DNA from: Squalus acanthias
Lineage: Eukaryota
NCBI GenBank assembly: GCA_030390025.1
Contig: CM059433.1
Coordinates: forward strand, 19,780,001 to 19,844,000
Length of the DNA stretch: 64,000 nucleotides
Reading direction: 5' to 3'
The translations under genes were made by a program, and so were the position numbers. The notes beneath the pieces were generated by a model. The model was not told the DNA's origin. It saw only the letters and a list, made by a program, of their open reading frames with translations, and did not search any database. This document shows, in pieces, positions 24,376-37,520 of this stretch. Each line of letters begins with the position of its first letter. Position 1 is the stretch's first letter.

Positions 24376-24744
24376 CTGCAACATTCTGAAAAATAATTGA
24401 AGGAAATGCTTTTAAATATTCATAAGATTAGCAATTTCCTCCTCACAGGTAGGATTACATATTAAAAGGACTTTCTAATTGTAGTGGAGTGTGAAAGATA
24501 TTTTATCATGTTTATAAACAGTAGAGGATATGATGTGATTTGTGATGTGGTGAGATTATTGTGCCACTACTTCTATTTGGTGTTACAAATTTATTATTTT
24601 TTTGAATCTTTGTTTGATTAAACATGTAGATTAAAAAATACAGAAGGTACGTTGTAAAACTTAACACTGCAACAGATATAGGGGCCAATAATACCATGGC
24701 TGGTGCCTGATGCACTGAAATTTACTCTGAGTCCATCTTTAGCT

Positions 24745-25680
24745 GCTTCATCAATGACCTTCCCTCTATCATAAGGTCAGAAGTGGGGATGTTCGCTGAT
24801 GACTGCACAGTGTTCAGTTCCATTTGCAGCTCCTCAGATAATGAAGCAGTCTATGCCCGCATGCAGCGAGACCTGGATGACATTCAGGCTTGGGCTGCTA
24901 AGTGACAAGTAATATTCGTGCCACACAAGTGGCAGGCAATGACTATCTCCAACAAGCGAGAGTCTAACCACCACCCCTTGACATTTAATGGCATTACCAT
25001 CGCCAAATCCCCCACCATCAACATCCTGGGAGTCACCATTGACCAGAAACTTAACTAGACCAGCCACATAAATACTGTGGTTACAAGAGCAGGTCAGAGG
25101 CTGGGTATTCTGCAGAGAGTGTCTCACCTCCTGACTCCCCAAAGCCTTTCCACCATCTACAAGGCACAAGTCAAGAGTGTGATGGGATACTCTCCACTTG
25201 CCTGGATGAGTGCAGCTCCAACAACACTCAAGAAGCGCGACACCATCCAGAACAAAGCAGCCTGCTTGATTGGCACCCCATCCACCACCTTAAACATTCA
25301 CTCTCTCCACCACTGGCGCACCGTGGCTGCAGTGTGTACCATCTACAAAATTCCCTGCAGCAACTCGCCAAGGCTTCTTCGACAGCACCTTTCAAACCCG
25401 CGACCTCTACCACCTAGAACGACAAGGGCAGCAGGTGCATGGGAACACCACCACCTCCAAGTTCCCCTCCAAGTCACACACCATCCTGACTTGGAAATAT
25501 ATTGTTGTTCCTTCATCATCGCTGGGTCAAAATCCTGGAACTCCCTCCCTAACAGCACTGTGGGAGTACCTTCACCACACGGACTGCAGTGGTTCAAGAA
25601 GGTGGCTCACCACTACCTTCTCAAGGGCAATTAGGGATGGGCAATAAATGCTGGCCTTGCCAGTGCTGCCCACGAATAAC
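24745..25680 (+). mobile_element. CR1-group LINE of a second family, 3' RT fragment
   Basis: FINDLP...MFADDC, ILGVTIDQKL, STIYKAQVKSVMGYSPLAW, SWNSLP. Confidence 0.85.
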
Positions 25681-26314
25681 AAAAATCATCCAGCCCACTT
25701 AAAAACAGCTGGACCTGAGCACTAGACCCCTTAAATAGATAAAACCTGTGAATTAGGACCCGATTTTGCTCAGGCACCAGGTAGTCTTAACTCCAACCCT
25801 TCCCACTCCCCTCAACAAAGGTCCTTCAAACAAATAGGCCGAAAGAGCTGCTGGTGGCATTGCCACTGCCATGAACTTGCCGCACTCCCAGTGTGTGGTA
25901 TACCACATGCATCAGTGTAACCAAACGGGCTGACCTTGTGTTATAGCCTGAGGTCACCTCATTCAGCCTCAGGTCCAGCCAGTGCCCGAAGAGCAGTGAG
26001 TCCAGCCAGGTGTGCGTAATCAGGCCCCACAATGTCTGCACAAACACTGCCGGGGTAACCCGAGAGTTAGCGTTACAGCAAAGATTTCACAGCAGTCAGT
26101 TTGAGGATCTGCGCCTGTTCAAAAACCTCCTTAATGAGGTAGCAGTGCCTCATCAATAGAGTAATTCTTTTATTTTTATTTAAAAAAAAATTCTCCCTGT
26201 TTCCGTTAAAAAATAAAATTCTGCCAACTTACAAGGTTACAAGATTGTTACTGATGAGGCAGGCCGTTGGGCCTATCTTAGGTCATCCATGCAGAAAGAC
26301 ACTGCAGTCCTGAA

Positions 26315-26458
26315 CAATGTTCCCTGTAAGCTGCGTTTTGTTCTGCGTGGCCTGTTTCTTTTACTGCGCGGTCCCTTTAAATTTCTGCGCATGCGCGGTA
26401 TTTACAATGGAAAAGCCGGTGAGCGGCCTGCGCGGGAACATTCCCAGAGGGAACATTT
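26315..26458. mobile_element. hAT-like MITE
   Basis: TIR aatgttccct / agggaacatt; decayed 8-bp TSD gtcctgaa / gtcctcag. Confidence 0.55.
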
Positions 26459-26619
26459 GTCCTCAGACTTTCTCCCAGGCATGGCATTTAACCAGTCTTT
26501 TAGATGCTTCCAAGGCTTTTGCCTCCATTTCCCTACCCAGGATTCCATTCTGTTTGTTAATCACTCTTAAGCCCCCAACTCCCGCAACTTCCCTGACTGA
26601 TGGCCACATTGGCTGGGTT

Positions 26620-27042
26620 TGTTTTCCTTGGAACAGAGGAGGCTGAGGGGAGACCTTATTGAGGTGTATAAAATTATGAGAGGCCTAGATAAAGTGGATA
26701 GAAAGGACCTATTTCCCTTAGCAGAGGGGTCAAAAACCAGGGGGCACAGATTTAAAGTCATTGGTGGAAGGTTTAGAGGTGATTTGAGGGGAAATTTCTT
26801 CACCCAGAGGGTTGTGGGGATCTGGAACTCACTGCCTGAAAGGGTGGTAGAGGCAGGAACCCTAACCACGTTTAAAAAGTACTTGGATGTACACTTGGGA
26901 TGCTGTAACCTGCAGGACTACGGACCAAGAGCTGGGTAGTGGGATTAGGCTGGATAGCTCGTTGTTGGCCGGCGCGGACACGATGGGCCCAATGGCCTCC
27001 TTCCGTGCTGTAACTTTCTATGATTCTCTATGATTCTATGAT
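26620..27042 (+). mobile_element. CR1 LINE 3' fragment
   Basis: ORF 26619..26939; (ttctatga)n tail. Confidence 0.9.
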
Positions 27043-29094
27043 TGGCATAAAAATGTCGGACCTCTTTGAGAGCGGTGGCAGGTGTTTCAGTGATGACGCG
27101 GGCGACGTCATGATGTCACTGCTCCGCGCACGCACGCTGGCCAAAATGTCACCGCCAGCCCTGCGCCCGAGTGGAATGTTGGGCGCCCACATTGCAGCAG
27201 GTTTAGAGGGAGACGGGCTGCACAGCACAAAATCGGTGAGGGAGAGCAGCTCAGTCCGCTTGCTCTTCAGAGGTTTAGGCACAAGTCTTTGTGTGAAGAA
27301 GAACCTCCTGACCCTAGTCCTAGATTTACTTTTTACCAGTTTGAATCTGTTTCCCATTGTCCTGCTCTCAAGATGTTCCACATTGACCACTTCGATACCT
27401 TTTTGCTGTCTTCTAAACTTCGAGTGCTAAGGGAGTGTCTAGGGCAGGGAGCTAGCATGGAAATACTGCTAGGAAGTTTGTGAGAGTGGGCTACAGTGAC
27501 TTTTCCTTAGGTTTTTGCCTTCTTCTTTTGCTTCGGGGAGTCACAAGCTCAAGCCCACAACCGATTTACTACAGGGATTTATCAGTTATCAGATTAGGAA
27601 TCAATTAAAGTCAGCCATGCTAAACAGCTCAATAACTTCATTTAGGTTGGCATTGATAATTAGGTTTTCATTATATCTGAATTTTTATCATCAACCACTA
27701 AATGAATCGTGCTTATTTATCCCTACATGGTGTGATTTACATTTTACTTACTGTATTCTGGAACTCCAACAATAATTTTATATCAGATGCCGATGCAGTT
27801 GAGCATTGTTTTATTTTAACTTCCCTGTGGTGCAATCTATGGATCAAGATGTAAATAAAATCCCATTCATTTCTATGTTATTGTCACAGTTTTGGGCTTT
27901 TACACCAGATATTCTCTCGGTTCAGCATCACTGGCCATTCCAGCAAGTGGACCTTGGGCTCGATTTTGCCAGGCCCGAGGAGGCAGGATTGGAGGCGTGT
28001 GAGGTGTTAAAATCGCAAAAAATGGCGGGCGGCTCCAATCCTGCCTCCAGCCCGCCTCCGAGCAAATTTCCCACAATCGGGGTTTCAGACCCCGTTTCCA
28101 TCCCGCCTCCAAGAGGCGGGATAGGCCCTTAAGGCCCTTAACAACCAATTAATTGCCTCTATAATCCCATTTTGAGAGGCCTTTCTGATTTTAACACTTT
28201 TCCCCCGTCCTGCACGTCTCCTCTGGAACACGGCAGTTAATCCTGGCAGCCTCACAAGTGGATTGCTTACTAACAGCTGCAGCTCTACCGTTAAAAAGGA
28301 GTTTTCAGCAATGATCATTTGCAGGTGGCAGAACTTTGTTGTCTCAGGTCTGGGGGAGCTTTTAGCAGGCCTACTCATTGTTGTGGAAGATTGGAGCCTG
28401 ACACCCATCTCCAGTGTGACCTCCTGGGAAACCCCTCTCCCCACCTTGACTGAGCGCGTCCTCAACTGAGGCATATACCAGAAGCATGGGAACCATTTAT
28501 TTCCTTTCCTCCTGGACATCAGATTTGGACGAAGACCAGCCGTGGCAGCAGCAGAACCATAAACAACAGAGGCACCAACAGCAGCAGCAACAACAGGAGC
28601 GGCAAGCTGCTGCTCACCCGCCTGAAGCTGCACAGGCCAGAAGGCGCCAGCGCGCGACCACATTGCTGCCTGGGATGCAAGGGAATCACTCATGTTGGCC
28701 AGATTTGCTTAGCCTGCACAATCAAACACTTTTGCCTCGCAACTTCTTACCAGAGCATCGACAATGGACAAGAACCTGCGTATTCCTATCACTCTGACCA
28801 CCATACTGACAATTGCAAGTCGCTCTAAGCCCTCAATGTGGAAGTCCCATTTGCGAGATGACACAGGCCACAACTTCAACAGTTTGCCATCAGAATTTTT
28901 TTATCACAACAAGCAACTAATGGCATTTCAAAAATAAACACAATATAACACCCAAGTGACTACCCTTGTGACTACTTGTGCATTATCTCCCTCTTGCACG
29001 TGCTCCTACGTGGCGCTTCCCCTGTGGCTTCAGCAGATGTGGAGGCCCCTTGCTCACTTTCTTGCTGCTCCTATCTCAACACCTTTGGCGGCCG

Positions 29095-30038
29095 TCATCT
29101 GGGGTTGCAAACCTGTGAGGGCTCGGCAAAAGTCTGCTGCTCCTGCGGCTGTGCAGGGGATGAGACGCCCATCTCAGTTGGGTGAGGACTCTGGTGGGGC
29201 TCTGACTGAGGGCTTTGCAGTGGCATGGTCGTGTGAGCGCTTGGAGAGGAGCCCCCACTTCCTTGTTGTCTGCCACCAATATCCCTCTCATGGGTCAACC
29301 CCACTTCAGAGCTAGCAAGTGGCTTGACAGCACCTTGCTGCACTTCAGGGGGGCCATGAGGACCCGTTTTTGCACTGGAAGTCCTACTCCAGAGGACTTC
29401 CATGAAGGTCTGGTTTCTATGCTCAATAGCTGACCATCGCTCCTCAAGAGATGCCAGTCTATTCTGAACAATAACCATGTTTTCAACACTCTGGCGACTT
29501 AGCTCCTCCATGGCCGTAGCCATCCTCTCCTCTACCGTAGCCATCCTTTCCACGGAGGTTGCCATCCTTTCCGTGGTGATGCATTCATGCGCCAATGCCT
29601 CCACAAAGGCTCTGCTCATGTTCGCGATGGACTCCTCCATTCGCTCCACACTCGCAGCGACCCTGGAGAAAAAACCTGCCAGAGATTCCTGCACCTGTTC
29701 CTGGAGTTCCAGCACCGCTCTCCTTCTGGATGGACCTGGAGGCACAGGGTCGACATGCAGCTGAGCCGAGCTGGCAGAGTCCTGCGCCCTCCGACGAGGA
29801 CTCTCCACTGCTGTCCCTATCTCCACCATCTGCTGATGCTCACTTGTGAGCTGTGATACACCAGGTGACAACACTACTCTATCTCGCGAAGGTCCCACCG
29901 AGGTGTGAGTGTCAGCGCTGGTGCTGGGTGCGCTGAATTCTGCTGACGCTGCACCCTCAGAGGTTGCAGCTTCCTCTGAGGAGTCTTGAAGCTCAGGCTG
30001 TTCCTCCTGGACAGTGGGGACGGGGGCTGCCGATGGTC
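29095..30038 (-). CDS. Harbinger Myb/SANT protein exon 3 (coiled-coil, low-complexity region)
   Basis: Acceptor AG at 30039-30040, phase 1 continues into the ORF 29095..30144 frame; VERMATV-type heptad repeats; TGA at 29095 is probably premature. Confidence 0.7.
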
Positions 30039-30186
30039 CTGTGAGGGAGTAAAGGAAAGAGTTAGAGATGTGAGGTAAAGGTTGCATGCACATTGAATTG
30101 TGCAGATGATCATAAGTTAGAGCATCAGAATTATTATCAGTCACTCATGCAATGTCAATGAGAGAGATGCCAAACTATTCTGTCAC

Positions 30187-30346
30187 CAGCTTGCTGTGAT
30201 GCACCCGTCTGTCCGTCCCCCACTTGCGAATCTTCCTCGACACCGGCGATTTCCAGGGCCGCCTCCCCCGAGGTGGTGAGCTGGGCTACTGAAGGTGGCC
30301 CTCCTCCTGTCCTCGCTCTTTCCCTCTTATTGTGGGCTCTCTTTTC
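30187..30346 (-). CDS. Harbinger Myb/SANT protein exon 2
   Basis: cag|EKRAHNKRERARTGGGPP...QQA g|gtgac; 160 nt, phase 0 to phase 1. Confidence 0.75.
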
Positions 30347-30664
30347 CTGCAATGAGGGACACAAGTGGAGTTTGAGTGAGAATGAAGGAGTGAGTGTAGA
30401 GAATCCATAGAATAGATGCTTAGAAGGAGACCAAGGGCCTCCCTGTGTGTTGTAAGTTGTTGTCATTGCATCACAGTGATAGGGAGTGTGAGGGCTGCAT
30501 GGTTGAATAGTTAAGTGAATGTGACCATAGAGAGAGAGGGAATGGGTAAGGGTGCAGGGATTTAAGTGTCAAGTGGGATGTGGAGGAAGAGGTTGGCAAA
30601 GCAGAGTGCTGGTGAGGAGAGGCGATAGGGATCAGATTGAGGGTGATGGGAAAGTAATACTCAC

Positions 30665-30904
30665 TTTTCCTATGCGGAGAAGGTCATGAAACCTCTTCCT
30701 GCACTGCAGCCAGGTTCTGCAGCACATAGAGATTGAGTTGACCTCCTGGGCCACTTGCAGCCACATAGCTTTAGTTTGCTGGGGAGGCTTTTTTCGCCCT
30801 GAGGAAGGGAAGAGCACCTCCTTATTTGATCTTGCTCCCTCCACCAGAGCTTGGAGGGAGGCCTCATCGAACCTTGGAGCACACTTTGGCCTACTGGTGG
30901 ACAT
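30665..30904 (-). CDS. Harbinger Myb/SANT protein exon 1 (MSANTD-like DNA-binding domain)
   Basis: MSTSRPKCAPRFDEASLQALV...WLQVAQEVN...RTWLQCRKRFHDL|gtgagt; 240 nt, phase 0. Confidence 0.8.
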
Positions 30905-31560
30905 AGTTGCTGAATGAAGCGATCACCACAATGGGCATAAAGTTTGAAGTCTCCAGAAGAAGCAAGGCTGCTTGCAGGCCTTAAATCCAGCAGCATTGAT
31001 GACGTCATTGGAGGCGACTTTCTGTATGAAAAGACTCACTGGGCCAGGGGTTTCCACACGCTGGAAATCAATTGCCCAATTAGGGCAAAATCGCACTTTA
31101 TTCCCCACTTCACATCGGAGTTGGGGTCCTGACGCGAAAACCACCTGACACGCCCCAGCCCGCCCCCAATGGCAAAATTGAGCCCCTTGTGTCCGTTATG
31201 AGAAGGAGTGCACCCTTTCCTGCCCAATATCTAGGGGATTGTAACATAGAGCTCTTACTTTGTACAACGGCTATTGGAATATATCACATGCCATCACGTG
31301 AAACTCCTCTCTTTCAATGATGGACTGAATATACACTCTTACCAAATTAAGACACAGGCTTTGAATGAACAAATGGTTTTATTTACATTAGATAGATAAA
31401 TGAACATTACACACTGTATCAATTTGAAATATATATTCTCTACACGATATACATAAAGCAACAAAGGTAACTTTGTGTCTAAATATGGACGTTTAAACAA
31501 CAGCAACTTGAATGTAGTAAACCATCCTCTGGTGCTTGAATTCACTTACTGTAAACTCAA

Positions 31561-32060
31561 CGGGGTAGATTTTGACATTTGGGAGGCTGATTGGCCCATA
31601 ATTTTGTGTCTTTGGCCTCATTTAAATTTGCGAGGTTTCAAACAAGTGCCCTGATGCAGTTTGCCAGGTCAAAGCCTGAAAATTGGGCTGGATCTGCTGC
31701 CAGCAAGGTAAGTTGCCGAAGAGGGTGGGGCCCCCCAGAGGGGGGTGGGGGGAATCCTGGGGCGGCATTGGCCCAGATTATTTATAAATTATTTATAAAA
31801 AATAATTCAAGACTTAGCTTTAGCGGGTCTCTTCTTTTCCATTGCTCATGAAACTGTGCAGGCTCCGACCAGTTCCTCCCTAAGATGGCAATCAGGGTCC
31901 AATCTATGTCATAGAACCCCGATTTCCATATTAAAAGGGGCCTATCACCTGAAATAGGAGGGTCTTTTAGACCCCCAATGGTAGGCCCCATTTAAAATGG
32001 AGCCAGCTGCATTGCCATTGTTAACGGGCCGGTAAGGCTACCAACCCCATTTTGAGGCCA
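31561..32060. mobile_element. MITE-like repeat, Harbinger-like left end
   Basis: Starts ggggtagattttg; GC-rich flanks around an AT-rich core; right TIR not found. Confidence 0.35.
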
Positions 32061-32074
32061 CTGCATGGTACTGT

Positions 32075-32480
32075 TCTCATGGTTTCACCTCCCCTTGTTA
32101 AATCATAGACATTACATTGCCTCCAACAGCTTCTTCTTTGATGCCCAGTTGGTAACCTCTGGTGTACCTCAAGGCTTCATCCTTGGCTCATCATTTATAT
32201 GCTCCCCCTTGGTGACATCATCTGGAAGCACACGGTTAACTTCCACATGTATGCCAACAACACTCAGATTTATCTCTCAGACTCTTCCATTGACCCCAGA
32301 GGTATTGCTCGTCTCCCAACTGCATGTCAAACAGGAAGACATGGATGAATCGAACCTTCGTCCAGCCAAATGGAAAAATCAAAGCCATCTTCTCCAGCTC
32401 CCCCAACCACCTACACACTCCAGGCTCAACTCCATCAGCTTTCTCAGCTGCCATATCAGGCTAAGCCCAAGAGTGTAGGA
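32075..32480 (+). mobile_element. Old L2-like RT fragment
   Basis: [12 protein letters not shown] followed by a degenerate FHMYA..TQIY motif in a shifted frame. Confidence 0.7.
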
Positions 32481-32980
32481 TCACAACTGCAATCATACAA
32501 TTAGGCAAACAACACATTTGCGGCTGTGCAATGAATATGAGAGGGAGACAGAGTTTCATGCTACTTTTCCTTTCACGTTATTGAACAGGGGAGTGCAAGA
32601 ATTTATTACCTAGAAGGTACTTAACAAAGTCTAAACAGCCAAATGTAATTTCGGCTCATGATGCTTAAAATAATTATCAAAGATTGGAAACTTTATATTG
32701 TTGCATGTTTAATCACAAAAGCTGCAAAGAGTCAAATGGTCCCTTGTCTAACTTTTGCCCTTTTCATCCCAACCTGACTAGCATACTAAGAAGTTTAGTT
32801 TCAGATAAGATTGAATATTTCCTCCTCACTGTGAGCCTTTGCATGAAGACACCATCTCCACAGGTAGACCTTGATCTAATAAAATCCCTGTGCAGGGGTC
32901 TACTAGCCAAGCTAATTGCTAGACAAATCCTTCTCCTTATGAGCTGAAGGTGGGGTGCCAAGCTATGCGTGACTTATACT

Positions 32981-33736
32981 GGCCTGGATTTTGCGGTCAG
33001 CGGCAAAGGAACAGTGCTTGCCATTCACTATGCTGACAGCTTCCCACAGAGTTTTTGCGGGCTTTTGAGCAGAGACTTGCTGTCAGCAGGCGTCTGATCC
33101 AGTGCGGCACCCTCTACAGGGCGTGTATGAGCAGGACAAGAAACATCGTGGCTCTTCAACCAACCAGATTGAAGAATCCTCACTGAAACATGCACAGTCT
33201 AAACCAGGAAGTATAAATTAGATTTAAATCATGTACAGAAAGTAAAATAAAGAGTGGGAAAGAAAGATGGGATTAAGAGAGAGAGATAAAAGAGACAGAC
33301 AGAAGAAGTAAAAAAAAATTACATTTCTTTTTAAATCTCCAACACTAATTAAATTCTGAAGGAATGAGACTCCACACTTGTAAAAGTAAATTTTCAGTGC
33401 CAAAGAGGTTGTTTGGCAATAATTATGACTTATCACTCTGTTAAAAATTCATTTACACCTTAATGCACCAGCCCATACCTTTTCTGGCATGTTTAGTGGG
33501 TGACTAGTGGAGAAGTGCAGGAGTTTCATGCCCTTACATGCATTTCAATGCCGAGTCTATTGGTGAGGTACTGGTGGAGCACAGCAGTTGGAGGAGCAGG
33601 GTAACTCAGACCGCAACTTCCAGATTTCTGCGTTTATCTGCGCATGTGCGTACTCTGGAAGCTGCTGTCCGATTTACTCCATAATAACGGTGAGCGCTGA
33701 GAGCCTCGCCGTTATTCTCAATGCGAAATCCGGGCC
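32981..33736. mobile_element. Harbinger-type MITE
   Basis: TIR ggcctggattttgc / gcgaaatccgggcc; TSD act/act. Confidence 0.8.
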
Positions 33737-34684
33737 ACTGTTTATTTCTTAATTCCTTATTCTGTTACAGAAACTGCATAAAGGATAGGAAGTGCTGCTA
33801 TAAATACTTTTAAATGTAATCAGTTACATTGGAAAGAAAATTTGCTATTGTCACATTGCGCCTCTGTTCAACATCATTGCCCAGAAGCAAAACGCATAAA
33901 CGCCTTCCCTTTAAAGTTAAAAATAAGGCAAACCCATCACTCCATCTCTCAATGTTGCCGTAACATTTTATCTCCATGCTCTCATTTAATTTAAACCTTT
34001 TGCTCATTTAATCAATAGTGAGCCTCCTGCCTCAATATAAATTATGAGGTAATGAGTTCCAACAGATTTGGATATTCTTGTATCCACTCTGCCTATGGTA
34101 TGATCCTGAGTAACAGAGCCCTCTCCACACCATAGCTGTAAATTTGCATTCGTTGCAAATTTTCGGATGAGTCACAGTCAATGTGCTAATGTAAATGGTG
34201 TAGAGTTATTTATTCTGGTCTTACTTAGAAGGCGGGAGATTTTATCTCAAGCTTAGAGGTTGGTGTAAACAGCTCACTGCACTCATGACCACATTATAGG
34301 GATATTTGCAAGCAGATTTAAGTTCTGAGAGCATTATCTCTGATTAACACTAATAGGTGTAATTTATAACGGTATCTTTGTCTGAAAAACACCTTTCAGC
34401 AGAATTCCTTTCAATTCTCCCCATCATGTGATAGTGCTGCCTGCCAAGCTGTCCCTTGCAAGACACTTTCTCAGTATTTTCACTCTCTTTTCTGAATCTT
34501 GTGTTTATCGAGGTGAGGGATGGTGGTGCTGGGGAATGGAACACAATTTCAGGCACCTAAGGGCTGTTTTTATCATTGCGCTGAATGATACCATTTGAAA
34601 TGACAATAAAGGAGATTTTTCTTTCAGCCGAATGATCATGTGTGGAGCCGTCCAACAGCTCAGACTTTTAAAGGCAATAAGCTA

Positions 34685-34915
34685 AGCTCCGTAGTACGGA
34701 GGGATGTGGATTCAATCCTTGCGCTGCGCTGAGTTCGCTGATTTCAGCCAGAGTGGCAGCAGGGGAATACAATTGACCTCAGCGCCCTTGGGTTAGGGAG
34801 GTGACGGCAGTCCCATTCCTGATGGAGGCGCAGTGACCACTGCCGGAAATGCACACGTGCGGATCTTGGATGGGGATAGAATTGGGCTCGGGTGTAAACC
34901 TCCAGGCATAAGGAA
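34685..34915 (+). mobile_element. Old SINE-like repeat, family not assigned
   Basis: B-box-like gattcaatcc; similar to the antisense of 16310-16480. Confidence 0.5.
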
Positions 34916-35171
34916 ATTCAGAGAGGCAGAATTAGTGGGGCAAAAATCCGGGTGGATTTTGCAACATCGCAGTAAAATATCGTGAGTTGACGTCAGGGTG
35001 CCCATCTTTAATTGGCAGGTACATTGCTCCGTGATAAGATTGTGATGCTGGGGTATCATCGTTGACAAGTCACTGCTGCGACGTACGTCTGCCCTCTAGC
35101 CTCGCTTTTGTAGATTGGCTCTTTCTGGCTTCAGCTTGAGGAAAAGCTCAACTGTTTGATGCGAAGACACG

Positions 35172-36541
35172 AGCTGCGAAATTCGGGGGGGCGGCACCGG
35201 CCGTTAAGGCCAGTTTTGCTGAAAAAATGGCGGCCGCCTCGCTTCCACCCACTTCCGCGGAGCGCAGAACACGGCAGCCGCCATTTTGGAGAGCTCGTTA
35301 GCACTGCCGATGCTTGCGTTTGCCGCTCATATGTAAATATGCAGATCGTGATGTCAATCGCTGTGCAACGCTTGAATTGACGCACCGCGATTTTGGATGT
35401 CGCCGCTCTTGATACCGCCCTCTCCAACAAACCACGCACGGTAGAACATGCGTGCAGCAGTACCACAGAGACGCTGTCAGCGTTTTTTAAAGGGACACCC
35501 ATGTCTTTCAGCTAAGTTTCAATTTCAGCTTTTGGACTTTTTTTTACATTTTATTGGAGTAGTGGCCTGGTGCAATACATTCAAAAAGTTGTGAAAGTGT
35601 GCAGGATGTTTGCAAAGCTTTGGCTCTCAAAGGAAGCCCTCTGAGAAGGCCACTTGCTCCCAGTCCTGGGGGCTCTAGTTGCAGTCCCCCTTGGGCTGCA
35701 ACATCACGTGGAGTTGGAGCAGAGGCAGCAAAGGGGACAAGCTGCTCGCAGAGGGAAGAGGAGTAAGCAGAAGAGGAAAAAGCAGAAGAGGAGGAAGTGG
35801 AAGGAAGGAGGCAACCCAGAGAGCCCCTTTCTGGTCAGGATATCCGGGATGGAATCATCTGCCTGCGGTACCAATGAACACAACCCCAAATCCCCTTTCA
35901 ACATTAGTCCCACGTCTTACCTTCCCTCTGTTACTGACCATCACAGCGTCCTCTTAGTCACAATGCGGAAATAAAAGCCACCACAAAGCAAACTTTCCAA
36001 TCCAACTTTATCCATATATGCATCCAATATTACATCAAAAAATCAACTAATCACCCTTGTGTATTCCGTTAGTGAGTGCCTTGTGCACGCCTTTGCCTAT
36101 CCCAGTGATGTCACGCAGTGCTACCCCAGTGGCTGCAGCATGGTTGGTGGATGGTTGCTGACTTTCAGTGGGGGACACTGCAGATGGCCTTGCTGGTCGA
36201 CCTTGAGGGGCTGGTGGCTGGGAGTATCAAATCGAGTGACGGTGTTTCTTCTTCTTCGTCACTCTCCTCTCCCTCTTCTTGGTCAACCACTGGCTGGGCA
36301 GGCTGCATTTCTTGGGTGTGTGAAATGAGGAAGGCACAAGGGTAGGGTTGTGGTGAAGGGAGGGTGGGAAAGCAAGAGGTGCCTGTCAGCAGCGTGATAG
36401 TCACTGGGCTGCGCGCTAAAATCATTTGAATTAGCAGGCAGCATCAAATTAACGTACTGCCTGCGCTTTCTAAATGGACGCAAGCAAATCTCGCCTCGCG
36501 TTGCCCGGGCCCGTTTTCGGGCCTGATCGAATTTCCCGGCC
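35172..36541. mobile_element. Non-autonomous Harbinger with internal deletions
   Basis: Imperfect TIR agctgcgaaattcg / cgaatttcccggcc; TSD acg/acg; transposase 5' stub LGALVAVPLGLQ...AARRG similar to the 37521 N-terminus; Myb-gene exon remnant on -. Confidence 0.75.
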
Positions 36542-37520
36542 ACGGGTTCTAATCTCTCCGCGAAATGACCTAGACCAGCCCTGCAATGCAGCCTTGCACA
36601 ATCATGGGAGTGTTACATCAGATTCAAAACTGGCATCAAATGTAACAGGCAGGTGTAAACAGCTAATTCATATCATCCATCATTTTCTTTCCCCCGCTGC
36701 AAAAGGAGACAGCACAGGTGTCAGGCTGGGAATTTGATAGCACCTGGAGCATAACCTTAGTTGAGGCAAAGGAGAATGTAACGGTTGCAAGAGAGGATAA
36801 TCTAAACTGAGTGTGGGTAATTTTGACTTTGGCCGATAGTGTAATATGGACAACATCGAATCGAATTGACTTCAATAGAAATGAAAATCGGGAGAGGTGT
36901 ATAACGAGCGGCTGATCCAACATTGCCCATTTTAGATTATCCTGACCCAAATTGAAAATGACCTAATTGTATCAACCAGCTTTAATATTCCTCGAGATCT
37001 GTGCTAAAGCCATTGGGGGAGAAATTAGGCTGGTTAGCGCCTTCAGTTAGCATCTGGCGGGGGTGTTAACGGGACGCTGAGGCAGTAGTGCCGTGGCGAG
37101 GCAAATCCAGCGCCACAGGGCAAATTCGGCCCCCTGCCATAGCGCCGCTGGTATGAGTTAGCGCCGAGGATTTCAGCGGCAGGCAAACCGTGACGTCAGT
37201 CAGCGTGCAACGCTCACTGGGCGCCCGATCTGCCAAATTGAGTATCGCCCCCTGCCTTAGCGCCTCGCCCCGACAGCGACAGGGAGAGGAGGCGTGAAGC
37301 AGTCGGTAGCCGGCTCCAGGGGCGCTACTTAAAGGGATCATGAGTAATGAGTCGCAGCTGTCAGGTTGGTGCTGTTTCACTGCTTCCTTGTCAGTTTGAC
37401 ATTGTGCAACAGTTTAAATCAGTCATTTAAAGGTTGTTTCGTCTCCGGAGGGTTGTGGCTACTAACAATTAGTTACATCTATTCTCACAAAATATCAAAG
37501 TGCTGCACTTCTTTACATTA

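Larger units (their letters stand above)
27956..31185. mobile_element. PIF/Harbinger element, transposase deleted, Myb/SANT gene retained
   Basis: TIR gggctcgattttgcca / tggcaaaattgagccc (15/16); TSD ctt/ctt; Q-rich transposase stub on + from 28486; spliced Myb gene on -. Confidence 0.9.

Noticed and set aside
28085..28693. 202-aa and similar ORFs in GC-rich MITEs or antisense to LINEs
   Set aside because: Expected by chance in GC-rich or antisense TE sequence; no domain motifs
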